Origin: an uncultured Spirochaetota bacterium
GTDB taxonomy: Bacteria > Spirochaetota > Brevinematia > Brevinematales > JAOACQ01
Length of the DNA: 64,000 nucleotides
Direction of reading: 5' to 3'
Assembly: GCA_963768055.1 (NCBI GenBank)
Contig: CAVYGN010000001.1
Span: forward strand, 480,001-544,000
The position numbers and the translations under genes were made by a program. Positions 29,023-38,645 of this stretch are shown piece by piece. Under the pieces are notes generated by a model, which was not told the DNA's origin, made no database searches, and saw nothing but the letters and a program-made list of their open reading frames with translations. Numbering within the stretch: position 1 is the stretch's first letter; each line of letters begins with the position of its first letter.

Positions 29023-29211
29023 ATGGAAGAAGGTATATCAATCCGGATCCTGTTCGGTCCAGAAGAAACACAATTTTATAATAATATAGAAAAACATTGC
29101 CTGGATAGGGGGATCAGCACATCAATTTATATCAAGGAATTGATAAAAAGGGACCTGGGTTGGGGCCAGTTCATGAAACCGAGAAAATCCACCGGTGTCA
29201 ATCGGGGATAG
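29023..29211 (+). CDS. small hypothetical protein, possibly ribbon-helix-helix
   Basis: GGAGG RBS; GISTSIYIKELIKRDL resembles an RHH helix B. Confidence 0.45.
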   Translation: MEEGISIRILFGPEETQFYNNIEKHCLDRGISTSIYIKELIKRDLGWGQFMKPRKSTGVNRG

Positions 29212-29244
29212 AATAATTGACGCTTATTTTAGGGGATAATGTGA

Positions 29245-29571
29245 ATGTATAAAGAATTAAAATATCATCATATAGGAATACCCACCAGCAAGCCTATTAA
29301 GGGTGAGGTTTATTTAAAAGATTATAAATGTTACCATTATGGATATGATAAAAGTGAATTCGGTATCGAACGGATGAGATATGAAAAAGATTGCCCGCTG
29401 CCTGAGATTGTAAAAACTCTCCCGCATGTTGCCTTTGAAGTAGATGATGTTTATGAAGCAATCAAAGGTAAAAAGGTTATAATCGAACCGAATAGCCCTT
29501 CAGAGGGAAATATAGTCGCTTTTGTCGAAGAGGACGGCGTTCCAATTGAATTAATACAGATAAAAAAGTAG
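29245..29571 (+). CDS. VOC/glyoxalase-fold protein
   Basis: YHHIGIPT, PHVAFEVDD, GVPIELIQ. Confidence 0.8.
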   Translation: MYKELKYHHIGIPTSKPIKGEVYLKDYKCYHYGYDKSEFGIERMRYEKDCPLPEIVKTLPHVAFEVDDVYEAIKGKKVIIEPNSPSEGNIVAFVEEDGVPIELIQIKK

Positions 29572-29691
29572 ATGCTCCCTTTGTTTTGCCTGCCCTCCTA
29601 TGTCAGGCCGGACAAAGAATGAAACCTTGATAAAAGAATAAGGAGAAGATAGAATAATGAATAATGCTTATTTTCAAAGATCGAGCATATA

Positions 29692-29877
29692 ATGGATAAA
29701 AATCTATACTTGCAATCATCAGAAATAATTGATTGGGAAACTCCCTCTGTTTTTAATAAAGCCAAAGAATTAGCATCGAATTCAGCGGATGAATTAGAGA
29801 TAGCCAAAAGGTGCTTTGAGTTGGTCCGTGATGAAATATTTCATTGCATGGCGATTAAATTGAAATTGTATCATTAA
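29692..29877 (+). pseudogene. truncated transglutaminase-like protein (N-terminus only)
   Basis: YLQSSEIIDW..P.V...A..L......IAKRCFELVRDEI.H, then stop before any catalytic Cys. Confidence 0.6.
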
Positions 29878-29961
29878 TGGGAACCGGGGGAAACATCTTT
29901 CATTTCCCCTCAGGCCGGGCGGAATGCCCGGACTGTTTGAAATATTGGGAGGAGGATTATT

Positions 29962-30321
29962 ATGATTACAGGCGCTCATACAATCATTTATAGTACCGAC
30001 CCTGAAAAAGACCGTGAATTTTTCCGTGACATATTAAAATTTTACTCAATCGATATAGGTGACGGGTGGCTTATCTTTGGATTACCTCAGTCGGAAATGG
30101 CAATTCACCCTTCGGAAAAAAACAACATAGAAGAATTCTATCTGCTGTGCGATAACATTGATGAATTTGTAACCCAAATGAAGGATTTAAAAGTTCAGTG
30201 CAGCGAAGTGCAAAAACACTCCTGGGGCTTATTGGTAAAAGTGAAACTTCCAGGGGGAGGGGACTTGAAGATTTATCAGCCGCTGCACGAGAGCCCCCTG
30301 CCATCGGGAAGCAGGGATTGA
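29962..30321 (+). CDS. VOC/glyoxalase family protein
   Basis: GAHTIIYS.D...DR.FFRD, GWLIF, WG...LPGGG...IYQP.H. Confidence 0.85.
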   Translation: MITGAHTIIYSTDPEKDREFFRDILKFYSIDIGDGWLIFGLPQSEMAIHPSEKNNIEEFYLLCDNIDEFVTQMKDLKVQCSEVQKHSWGLLVKVKLPGGGDLKIYQPLHESPLPSGSRD

Positions 30322-30439
30322 TTATTCGTAATTTTATTTTACTTCCATTTTCCAAAATTATCTTACTTATTTCTAACAATCAAGCTTATTATCTTATAAT
30401 AAATTAGTGAACCATTTTCTTACTTAATTATGCGATGAC

Positions 30440-30470
30440 AAAAACCCCCGTCCCTTTAAAGAACGGGGTT
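30440..30470 (-). terminator. intrinsic terminator after the GH8 gene
   Basis: Minus strand AACCCCGTTCTTTAAAGGGACGGGGG hairpin followed by TTTTT, ~20 nt after the stop at 30489. Confidence 0.65.
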
Positions 30471-30488
30471 GAAAATATGGCAGGATTA

Positions 30489-32996
30489 TTATTTCTTTTT
30501 TGCCAGTCCTTTAGAGATAGCGGAGTTCCAGTCGAATGGAACTTGATATACCTTGTCTCCCTGGTGAATCACAACAAATTTGCCCCACACGCACCCGTAA
30601 ACTTCACCGGTCGGAATGCCCCCCACTTGCGCTAATATGTCCACGTCCACGTAGCCCGAATTAGGAGCGATCAATGTTCCGCGCCAGGAAACGCCGGGGG
30701 CTATATATACCTGATTGGGAGAACCGGTAACCACCAGAATTTTTTTCGGGTCGGCGCCCGTGTTATCGGCGTGTTTGAGCATTTTTGTAAAACTCTTCAT
30801 GTTGAAATCACCCTTGACAAAAATTATTATCGGTCCGCCGGTCGTATCCATATAATTTGTGACATTGGGTTCTGCGTCATATGAATTGAAATAGTATATT
30901 CCGTTTGTGAATGTGATATTATTCCTGCCTTTCAGCGTTATATCCCCATAACTGCCGGGGGTTAGAACCGCCATTGACTGGCCAGGCTCGAGGTTAATAT
31001 TTGAGGTACCTGCTGTAATATTGCCGATGCTGAAATCCATGCAGCCCACGTCGTAATTGATATTTGATAAGAAATATGCATCGCCGTTTAAACAAGAGTA
31101 CTGATTTCCTAAAGCATCTACATTATATTCAGCAAGAATCGTCCCATAAACATGCGCGTCTCTCATTTTCAGTAAGCTCAAACCGCAATTGATGTTGAAT
31201 ACATAGCAGCCGACACCCACGTCAAGTTCATCCCCGGCCTTACTATTCAATGTGCCGGCTCCTATATTTCCCCAGGAAGTGCCGTCGGTGTTAAACAGGT
31301 ACGCCCTGTCATGGAATTCGCAGTGTTGCAATCCGTATACTCCGTAATTGATATATGAAAGGTCGATTGTAAGAGGTCCCAGGGTTACATATTGAGAGGG
31401 GTTTCTTACTATTTTAACGGCTGTCCCGTCATAAAAATTAATGAAATTTCCGGACAGGTACAGCAGCGACATCAGTCTCAAAGTATTCCCGTAATAATTG
31501 TTAGTATTTGCGTAAGATTCCTTATTATTTACCGTCTCCTGATAGAATGTTTGAGCATACCCCTGATCTCCGTATGTCAATACAGGCGTCGCGTTCATGG
31601 CTACGAAGGTCGCGGAATGCCATAATCCTCCCGTGCTATAATTAAATCCGTCTCTATCTAACGGGTTCCAGACCCCTCCGGCAATTGAGTATCCGTCTAC
31701 CAGGGTTGTTACTTTGTCAATAAAGAAGCTGCCTACGCGCGTGACAATGGGCTTGGCGTTAGCATCGTTGTACCAACTGTAATCCATGGACAATCTCCAT
31801 GGAACCCTTACAGCGTCATAATAGTAGTTAAAGCTCAACAAATCATAAGCATCCTTTGCCGTTAAAATTCCATCACCATCCCTGTCATCTACTCCATCTT
31901 CCACAGGCAGGTTCGTATTATAGCGCAGATAGTATAACCTGTCGCTAAGTCCCGTTCCCGAGCAGGTCTGAACTTTGCCGCTTGATGTCAGGCACCAATC
32001 CGGGAACAGAGGACCGGACAAGCCGATAATATCCATCTGGCTGTACATATTAGCGATTAATTTAGATATCATGGCGACGCCGGGAACCAGGTCTGGAAAA
32101 TTGACAGAATTATTATTAATAAATCTTGCGAATAATTTCATAAAAGCCGGGTTAAAATAACTCGCATTAAAGCCCAAATGGCCTCCCCATAAAGCGCCTG
32201 CCTTAATATAATTGTAACTATCTATATCATTAACCAGAATGGCAGTGATATTACTATAAGCGTTGAGAGTGTAATTGACATATCCGTTACGCCACCTTGC
32301 GCTGGCAAGGATCAAAGCCGCGGCTATATCCTGGTTGGCGTCCGAAGCATCGCTGAGGCCTCTTCCATATTTGCACAGCTGAATATAATTCGGATCTTTT
32401 GTAACGCCAGGCTGCTTGTCCGCGGTTACGATAGCTCCGGTAGATAAATTGCTGTAAACCGCCCCATGAGGTATGGGAAGTCCAAATTCGCTGATATTAA
32501 CGCCGTTGCTGCTGACCATCCAATGCATTAAACCATTGCCACATTGATGAAGCCTGACATATCCATAAAGCCTGTCGAACGTTGCCTGGTCGTCAAAATA
32601 AACCGCCAGAAGCATTCCGTAGCCCATCCCTTCCGATACCGTATCATACGCTGTAGCCAGGTCCCTTTGAACCCTCAGGTATCCGCCGGCCCCGCTTGCC
32701 GTAACATAGTGCTGCTTCCAATCGGCGTACTCCCCGTTCAGGAACTGTGTTTGATCCGATGACGCGGCGTTAGTCAGACCGTTAGGATACAGAAGGACCG
32801 TGTTATTTGCCGGATTATTTATCTGCGCACCCGCGGTCAGATCGCCGGACCGAGTTTTCATCGGCTGATTTCCCGGCATGCCTTTGTTTCCGGTGTTTCC
32901 GGACGACGGTTGAAACTGGCAGCTCAGCAAGGCAAGACACAAGACAATGATCCCAGTCAGAGGGATCGGACGGTGTTTTTTGAAATTCTTGTCCAT
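30489..32996 (-). CDS. glycoside hydrolase family 8 lipoprotein with a C-terminal accessory domain
   Basis: LLSC lipobox; TVSEGMGYGML, DASDANQDIA, YYYDAVRVPWR, YYGNTL; start MDKNF chosen after AAGGAG. Confidence 0.85.
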   Translation of the reverse strand: MDKNFKKHRPIPLTGIIVLCLALLSCQFQPSSGNTGNKGMPGNQPMKTRSGDLTAGAQINNPANNTVLLYPNGLTNAASSDQTQFLNGEYADWKQHYVTASGAGGYLRVQRDLATAYDTVSEGMGYGMLLAVYFDDQATFDRLYGYVRLHQCGNGLMHWMVSSNGVNISEFGLPIPHGAVYSNLSTGAIVTADKQPGVTKDPNYIQLCKYGRGLSDASDANQDIAAALILASARWRNGYVNYTLNAYSNITAILVNDIDSYNYIKAGALWGGHLGFNASYFNPAFMKLFARFINNNSVNFPDLVPGVAMISKLIANMYSQMDIIGLSGPLFPDWCLTSSGKVQTCSGTGLSDRLYYLRYNTNLPVEDGVDDRDGDGILTAKDAYDLLSFNYYYDAVRVPWRLSMDYSWYNDANAKPIVTRVGSFFIDKVTTLVDGYSIAGGVWNPLDRDGFNYSTGGLWHSATFVAMNATPVLTYGDQGYAQTFYQETVNNKESYANTNNYYGNTLRLMSLLYLSGNFINFYDGTAVKIVRNPSQYVTLGPLTIDLSYINYGVYGLQHCEFHDRAYLFNTDGTSWGNIGAGTLNSKAGDELDVGVGCYVFNINCGLSLLKMRDAHVYGTILAEYNVDALGNQYSCLNGDAYFLSNINYDVGCMDFSIGNITAGTSNINLEPGQSMAVLTPGSYGDITLKGRNNITFTNGIYYFNSYDAEPNVTNYMDTTGGPIIIFVKGDFNMKSFTKMLKHADNTGADPKKILVVTGSPNQVYIAPGVSWRGTLIAPNSGYVDVDILAQVGGIPTGEVYGCVWGKFVVIHQGDKVYQVPFDWNSAISKGLAKKK

Positions 32997-33070
32997 ATCG
33001 AACTCCTTAAAAAAATTAAATAATATTTTATTTTTATTGAGCACTAATTTAACATTTTATTAATCCGGCT

Positions 33071-33220
33071 GTCGACCGAGCCGACAGGACTATACTGTTT
33101 GTCGGGAATAAAAATATGGATAGGAAGTCCGCACCTATCGGCGCGGACTTTTTAATATTTTCCTCAAAAAACACAAAGCATTGATCGATCGGTATTAACG
33201 TATAGGCTCGGTCGACAGGA
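33071..33220. promoter_or_regulatory. bipartite palindromic element, copy A, in the divergent GH8/epimerase intergenic region
   Basis: Palindrome AAGTCCGCACCTATCGGCGCGGACTT (33125-33150); minus-strand GTATAGTCCTGTCGGCTCGGTCGAC (33095-33071); plus-strand GGCTCGGTCGAC (33205-33216). Confidence 0.75.
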
Positions 33221-33294
33221 TTATCTTCTTTGTTTTATTATGAAGGGTTGAAAATTTTAAGGATGGTAATTTTAAAATGAATGTTTTCTGATTA

Positions 33295-34344
33295 ATGGAG
33301 TCAATTATGAAGACTAAAATATATTTTGTCTCAGGAGCTAAAGGATTTGTAGGTTCAAGATTCATTATTGACAGCCTGAAAAAGGGGTTAAAAATAAAAG
33401 CGCTGGTAAGCAGCATGGACAATATCGGGCAGATATTCGAAGGCTTTGATAAAAACATTGAATTTATCAGAGGAGATCTGCACATACCGGCCAGTTATAT
33501 GTCATCACTGGAAAATTGCGACGCTGTGGTTCATACCGGCGAAAAAGCGGGTTATTGGGGGCGGCGGGAGGAATTTATCACCACGAATGTCATATCCACT
33601 ATGAGATTAGCTCAAATATCAAAGAATATCGGCATTAAGCGATTTATTTATCTCAGCAGTGAGGCCGCTGTCCGTCCGATTAAGTTTAAAATTGTAAATG
33701 ATATAAAGACATTGAGCCCCGGTACTCCTTATCCGGATAAAAAAAATTTCGGGAGATTCTATTACGGGCTTTCAAAAATGCTTGCCGAGAATTCACTGCT
33801 TGCATTGAATGATCATAATTTCGGTGTTACGATTTTAAGACCGCATATGATCTGGGGGAAAGGGAATACTGATTTAAATATCATTCTGACCGGACTTACC
33901 CGAAAAATGCCGTTCATGCTGATCAACGGGAAAAATATGATATATCCGTCCAGTCATATCGACACGGTTGTACATTATATACACCAGGCATTAATGGCTG
34001 ATGCATCTATCGGTAAAGTCTTTCACATTCTGGATGAAGACAATATGACAATGCAGGATTATATTGAAAAAATGATCAGGGCGTTAAACTTCGGCAGACC
34101 GCACTTATTAATTCCTTATCACTTGGGGTATTTTGCCGCAGTAATTTTAGAGTCCGCGGCGAGAATTGTCAGGCTGTTCGATCCGGATTTTATTCCTGCT
34201 TTTGATAGATTTATTATCGACGGATTGGGCAGGAATATGCTCGGAGACATAAAGCAAACAGTCGATATCCTCGGTATACCGCCAAAATTGGAGTTCGATA
34301 AAGCAATAGAAGAATCGGCGGCCTGGTATTGGGAAAATTTATGA
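33295..34344 (+). CDS. NAD-dependent epimerase/dehydratase (3-beta-HSD-like extended SDR)
   Basis: SGAKGFVG, YLSS, YGLSK, ILRPHMIWG. Confidence 0.85.
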   Translation: MESIMKTKIYFVSGAKGFVGSRFIIDSLKKGLKIKALVSSMDNIGQIFEGFDKNIEFIRGDLHIPASYMSSLENCDAVVHTGEKAGYWGRREEFITTNVISTMRLAQISKNIGIKRFIYLSSEAAVRPIKFKIVNDIKTLSPGTPYPDKKNFGRFYYGLSKMLAENSLLALNDHNFGVTILRPHMIWGKGNTDLNIILTGLTRKMPFMLINGKNMIYPSSHIDTVVHYIHQALMADASIGKVFHILDEDNMTMQDYIEKMIRALNFGRPHLLIPYHLGYFAAVILESAARIVRLFDPDFIPAFDRFIIDGLGRNMLGDIKQTVDILGIPPKLEFDKAIEESAAWYWENL

Positions 34345-34424
34345 GCGGTCTGAAAATTTATTATTATTTGTATTTTGAATTGGATGTAATATATAATATT
34401 TTATCATAAGTACAAGGGAGTGAT

Positions 34425-36767
34425 ATGAGAAATTTCATATCCGGAAAAAAAAGGTATACAATAGCCCTCCAGGTGATCCAGATGGATTACGGCTACGGTT
34501 CCATGCTATGGCAGGGCGCCGCCGACGCCGCCGAGAAGCGCGATGTCAATCTTATACTTTTTCCCGGTCATGCATTGAATACACCGAGAAAATTTGAACG
34601 GCAGAATAATATAATTTACCAGTTTATCAACAATAATAATGTAGATGCTTTCATAATGATTTCCACGCTTCTCGCCAATTTTATTCAGAAAGATGATTTT
34701 AAAAAGTTTTATAAGATTTTCGGATCCCTGCCGGTGATTAATATCGGCGAGCGCATTCAAGGTATTCCCAGCATAATAATCGATAATAAAACAGGAATCA
34801 GGGATTTGGTGGGGCATTTGAGCAATGTTCACCGGTTCAGGAGAATCGCTTTTGTAAAAGGGCTTGAAGGAAATTTTGATTCCAGTGAGCGGTTCCAGGC
34901 TTACAGAGAGGCCCTGGATGAAAATCATTTACCCTTTGATCCGAGTCTTGTCGCCTCTGGAAATTTTACAAGGGCATGCGCTCAAGATTCAATTCAGGAG
35001 CTTTTCGGGAAAAAACATGGAAAGATAGATGCGATCATGTTTTCCAATGATGAAATGGCCATATCATCCATGAGATATTTAAAGGATCAGGGTTATTATA
35101 TCCCCGGAGATTTTGCCATAACCGGATTTGATAATATTGAGGAGATTGAGTTTGAAACGCCTCCGCTTACGACAATCAGGCAGCCCCTCTATGAACTGAC
35201 TAAAAAAGCTGTGGAATTGGCAATTGAAATAATTGAGGGCAAGACAGTTCCGGAATTAATAATTTTTCCTACAAGCACTATAATCAGAGCTTCATGCGGA
35301 TGCCTTTCAAAAACTGTTAATCAGATCAGGCTCATCAATGATCAGACGCCTAATAAAGAAGAAATATCCGCCGGAAATTCCGGATGGCCGTCTAACGATT
35401 CTGTTGTTATGGAGATAAAAAGCCTGCCTGATATTGGTCCCGACATGCCCGAATCGTTTTTTCAGAATATCAGGAAGGCTTATTCCGGATTTTTAGATTA
35501 CGCCGATAAATGCCTGGCAAATGGGGATAATAGTGAATGTTCCATACAATATCTTAAAATTCTCAGCCAGATCCTGTTCAATGAAATTCAAAACGGCAGG
35601 GATGTTTCAATCTGGTACTTAATTGTTATGCGTATTTCAGTGATTTTGACGGCAAATAAGCCTGAATTAAAGCCTTCAGCCCTTATGCTACAGATATCCG
35701 TGATGATCGGTGAAATGCACAAATTAAACCAGGGGTATATCAGGATAAGATATTTCTGGCAGTTTATGACGCTCAGGGATATAACATATGGGATGCTTTC
35801 TAACCAGGACATGGAGGAACTGCTGAATTATCTGGTATCCCAGCTTCCCCGGCTGGGTATTAACACTTGCATCCTGACAATATATGAAAGGGAATGGCAG
35901 CATGGCAGCGGCGATGTATGGGAAATGCCCTGCTGGCATTATGTCAGGCTTTATTTTGATAAAAAAGGAAAAAGAGAGATACGCGGCCTTATTTCCAGGC
36001 CTTTTTCAACCTCAAGGCTTTTACCTGACAGAATATTTGATGATAAAAAACGTTATTCATTTATCGTAATGCCCCTTATTTCAAGGCAAACTCATTTTGG
36101 AAATATCTTTTTTGAAATCGGCCCCAGGGAGGGGTTCATCTATGAATCCCTTGTCTCGCAAATTTCCGTAATATATAAAAGCATTCTGTTGTTCAAGAAA
36201 CGTGAAATTGATGAAAATAACCTGAAAATAGCCCTGTCGGACCTTGAACAATACAATATTCAGCTCAAAGAACTCTCTATAACCGACGAACTTACCGGTC
36301 TGTATAACCGCAGGGGGTTTCTAAGTCTGGCCGGGAATAATCTTGCGCTTGCGAGGCGGATCGGCAAGCAGGGAATCATCGTATTTGCAGATCTGAACGG
36401 GCTTAAAACCATAAATGACACATATGGATATGAAGCCGGCGACTGGGCTATTAAGCAAATCAGTATGATTCTTATTAAAACATTCCGGGAGACCGATATA
36501 ATCGCGCGATTGGGAGGCGATGAGTTTTCGGTATTTATGGTCGGTTCTACCATGGCCCAGATTGGCATTTATCAGAAAAGAATCGAAAAACTTCTTGTAG
36601 AAAGTAACAGTAATTCAAGAAAGCCGTTTAATCTATCTATCAGCATTGGTTCAATTCCATTCCAGGCTGATGAAAACACCGCTATCGAAGACTTGTTGAA
36701 AGAAGCGGACAAAATCCTATGCAATCAAAAAAGGAAAAGAAAAGAGCGGCTGAAATCCAAACAATAA
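34425..36767 (+). CDS. diguanylate cyclase with an N-terminal LacI-type sugar-binding domain
   Basis: IDNKTG, NDEMA, GFDNI, PPLTTIRQP, RASCGC; TDELTGLYNRRG, DLNGLKTINDTYG, RLGGDEF. Confidence 0.92.
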   Translation: MRNFISGKKRYTIALQVIQMDYGYGSMLWQGAADAAEKRDVNLILFPGHALNTPRKFERQNNIIYQFINNNNVDAFIMISTLLANFIQKDDFKKFYKIFGSLPVINIGERIQGIPSIIIDNKTGIRDLVGHLSNVHRFRRIAFVKGLEGNFDSSERFQAYREALDENHLPFDPSLVASGNFTRACAQDSIQELFGKKHGKIDAIMFSNDEMAISSMRYLKDQGYYIPGDFAITGFDNIEEIEFETPPLTTIRQPLYELTKKAVELAIEIIEGKTVPELIIFPTSTIIRASCGCLSKTVNQIRLINDQTPNKEEISAGNSGWPSNDSVVMEIKSLPDIGPDMPESFFQNIRKAYSGFLDYADKCLANGDNSECSIQYLKILSQILFNEIQNGRDVSIWYLIVMRISVILTANKPELKPSALMLQISVMIGEMHKLNQGYIRIRYFWQFMTLRDITYGMLSNQDMEELLNYLVSQLPRLGINTCILTIYEREWQHGSGDVWEMPCWHYVRLYFDKKGKREIRGLISRPFSTSRLLPDRIFDDKKRYSFIVMPLISRQTHFGNIFFEIGPREGFIYESLVSQISVIYKSILLFKKREIDENNLKIALSDLEQYNIQLKELSITDELTGLYNRRGFLSLAGNNLALARRIGKQGIIVFADLNGLKTINDTYGYEAGDWAIKQISMILIKTFRETDIIARLGGDEFSVFMVGSTMAQIGIYQKRIEKLLVESNSNSRKPFNLSISIGSIPFQADENTAIEDLLKEADKILCNQKRKRKERLKSKQ

Positions 36768-36794
36768 CAATATTGGCGTTAATTTATCCATCCG

Positions 36795-38645
36795 TCATTC
36801 GCTCTGCAGTTCTTTCTTCCTGAATTCGGATGGTGTCAGATGCGTGTATTTTTTAAATACTTTGTTGAAAGTCGATTTTGAATTGAATCCGGATTCAAAA
36901 GCGATTTTAAGAATATTAATATTATCCTTCGCGGCCTCCAATAAAAGCTTTTTCGCTTCCTCAACCCTGTAAGTATTAATGAAATCATAAAAATTCAGTC
37001 CCGCGTATTCATTAATAACATATGAAAGATGATTACGGGGAATATTCAATTCATCGGATAATTCGGGCAGCGTCAGGTTTGGCTCCTTAAACACTTCATT
37101 TTTTTCAATATGCTCGAGCAACTTTTTAAAATACAATTCCGACAAATCTTTAGGAAGTTTCGATTTCTGGTATTTATCGGTCTTGCCCTTACTTTTGGAA
37201 TCGGTATTAATCGTCTCGGCTTGTTTTTTTATACGTTCATACTCAAGCACACTTTTTATTGCGTTGCTGATCTGGATGGTCAGCATTTCGAATACTTCCC
37301 TGTCAGAGTTGCTGATTTCAAAAAGCACAAATCCCAGAATATCCTTTTTAAATTCCAGGCTCATGATGATGAAAGGGTTTTCATAAGTAAGATTTTTAAT
37401 GCCTCCCGGTACTATTTGAGAGGTTAAGAACACCGCCTCATCAGCTTTATAGCTGATTTTGGCATAATTCTTATAGGCTATGACCGCTTTTGAATACCGG
37501 GTCGCTTTGTTCTGTTCATTATCCTGGAACAGGCATATATAACAGCTCTTGATGCCCAGTTTGGGAAAATTCTGCAGGATGATATTAGATAGTTTTTCAA
37601 TTTCAAAATATGCGGTAAGGGATTGGGTGATGACGTAAAATTCAAATTCCTTATCTTTATTTCTCATCATTGGATAGCCGTCAAGCATCTGGCCCACATT
37701 GTCTATAATGTTTTTTGCTTTTATTTTAAGTTCGCGGACAAAACGTATTCTTTTCTCATCTTTAAGAACAGAAAGGATATTGTTAAAAATATATAATATA
37801 ACTTCATTCCAGATATCGGAATCCCTTCTGTTCGTAATAACCTCAAAAACAATGTTCTCAAGGGCAATTATAAAATTATTGTCTTTTAATTTTACAATAT
37901 CCTCTACTAATGAATCAATAAGCTTTGAAGCCCATTCCGACCGTAATTTCTCATCGATAATGTTGGAAAACTGCTTATAGAGCAGGTTTTCAACCTCCGG
38001 AATTAGAAACTCTTTATATGAATCCAGATCATCGCTTAATCCGGCGGAATTTCTGATAATATTAACAAAAAGCCCCTCGCTGTGTAAGGAATCAGGGCAT
38101 CCGCAGGAGCGGCGGACAATAAGCCTTGAAGGCAGTTCCGTTTTTTCCTCGGATTTCCGGTCGGACAAAACCGCCAGCAGGGTCTTTAATGACTGATAGC
38201 CCAGGTCAAATAAAGGCTGGTTGACAGTTGTCAGGGGTCTGGCGAGGTATTGGCCTTCCCGGATATTGTCGAATCCTACGACAGCGATATCCTCAGGAAC
38301 CTTGATCCCCTTATAATCCAGTTCCTGAATAATCTGCATCGCGACAAAATCGTTCGAAGCTACCACAGCTTCAAATTCGACTTTTCTTTCCTCAATTAGT
38401 GTAATGACGGCCTTTTTACCCACTTCACCGAAAAACTCGCCGGGAACGATCAGATTATCATCGAGAGGTATTTGAAATTTGTCGAGGGTATCCCTGTAGG
38501 CATTAAATCTGATTCCCGCCTCAGTATTATTTTCCGGTCCCCGTATGAAGGCTATTTTTTTATACTTGTGGATTTCGATAAGGTGCGTAATAAGATCCTG
38601 CATCCCGCAATAATTATCGACAATAACGCTGGGATATCCTTTCAC
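36795..38645 (-). CDS. C-terminal part of a frameshifted regulator: LacI-type ligand domain plus AraC HTH
   Basis: Starts mid-domain (KGYPSVIVDN); NDFVA, GFDNI, LTTVNQP; NFYDFINTYRV, SGFNSKSTFNKVFKK.T..TPSEFR. Confidence 0.85.
   Translation of the reverse strand: MKGYPSVIVDNYCGMQDLITHLIEIHKYKKIAFIRGPENNTEAGIRFNAYRDTLDKFQIPLDDNLIVPGEFFGEVGKKAVITLIEERKVEFEAVVASNDFVAMQIIQELDYKGIKVPEDIAVVGFDNIREGQYLARPLTTVNQPLFDLGYQSLKTLLAVLSDRKSEEKTELPSRLIVRRSCGCPDSLHSEGLFVNIIRNSAGLSDDLDSYKEFLIPEVENLLYKQFSNIIDEKLRSEWASKLIDSLVEDIVKLKDNNFIIALENIVFEVITNRRDSDIWNEVILYIFNNILSVLKDEKRIRFVRELKIKAKNIIDNVGQMLDGYPMMRNKDKEFEFYVITQSLTAYFEIEKLSNIILQNFPKLGIKSCYICLFQDNEQNKATRYSKAVIAYKNYAKISYKADEAVFLTSQIVPGGIKNLTYENPFIIMSLEFKKDILGFVLFEISNSDREVFEMLTIQISNAIKSVLEYERIKKQAETINTDSKSKGKTDKYQKSKLPKDLSELYFKKLLEHIEKNEVFKEPNLTLPELSDELNIPRNHLSYVINEYAGLNFYDFINTYRVEEAKKLLLEAAKDNINILKIAFESGFNSKSTFNKVFKKYTHLTPSEFRKKELQSE

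Noticed and set aside
26097..30321. Integron cassette array (small same-strand accessory genes)
   Set aside because: No integrase, and no recurring attC-like RYYYAAC...GTTRRRY boundaries seen
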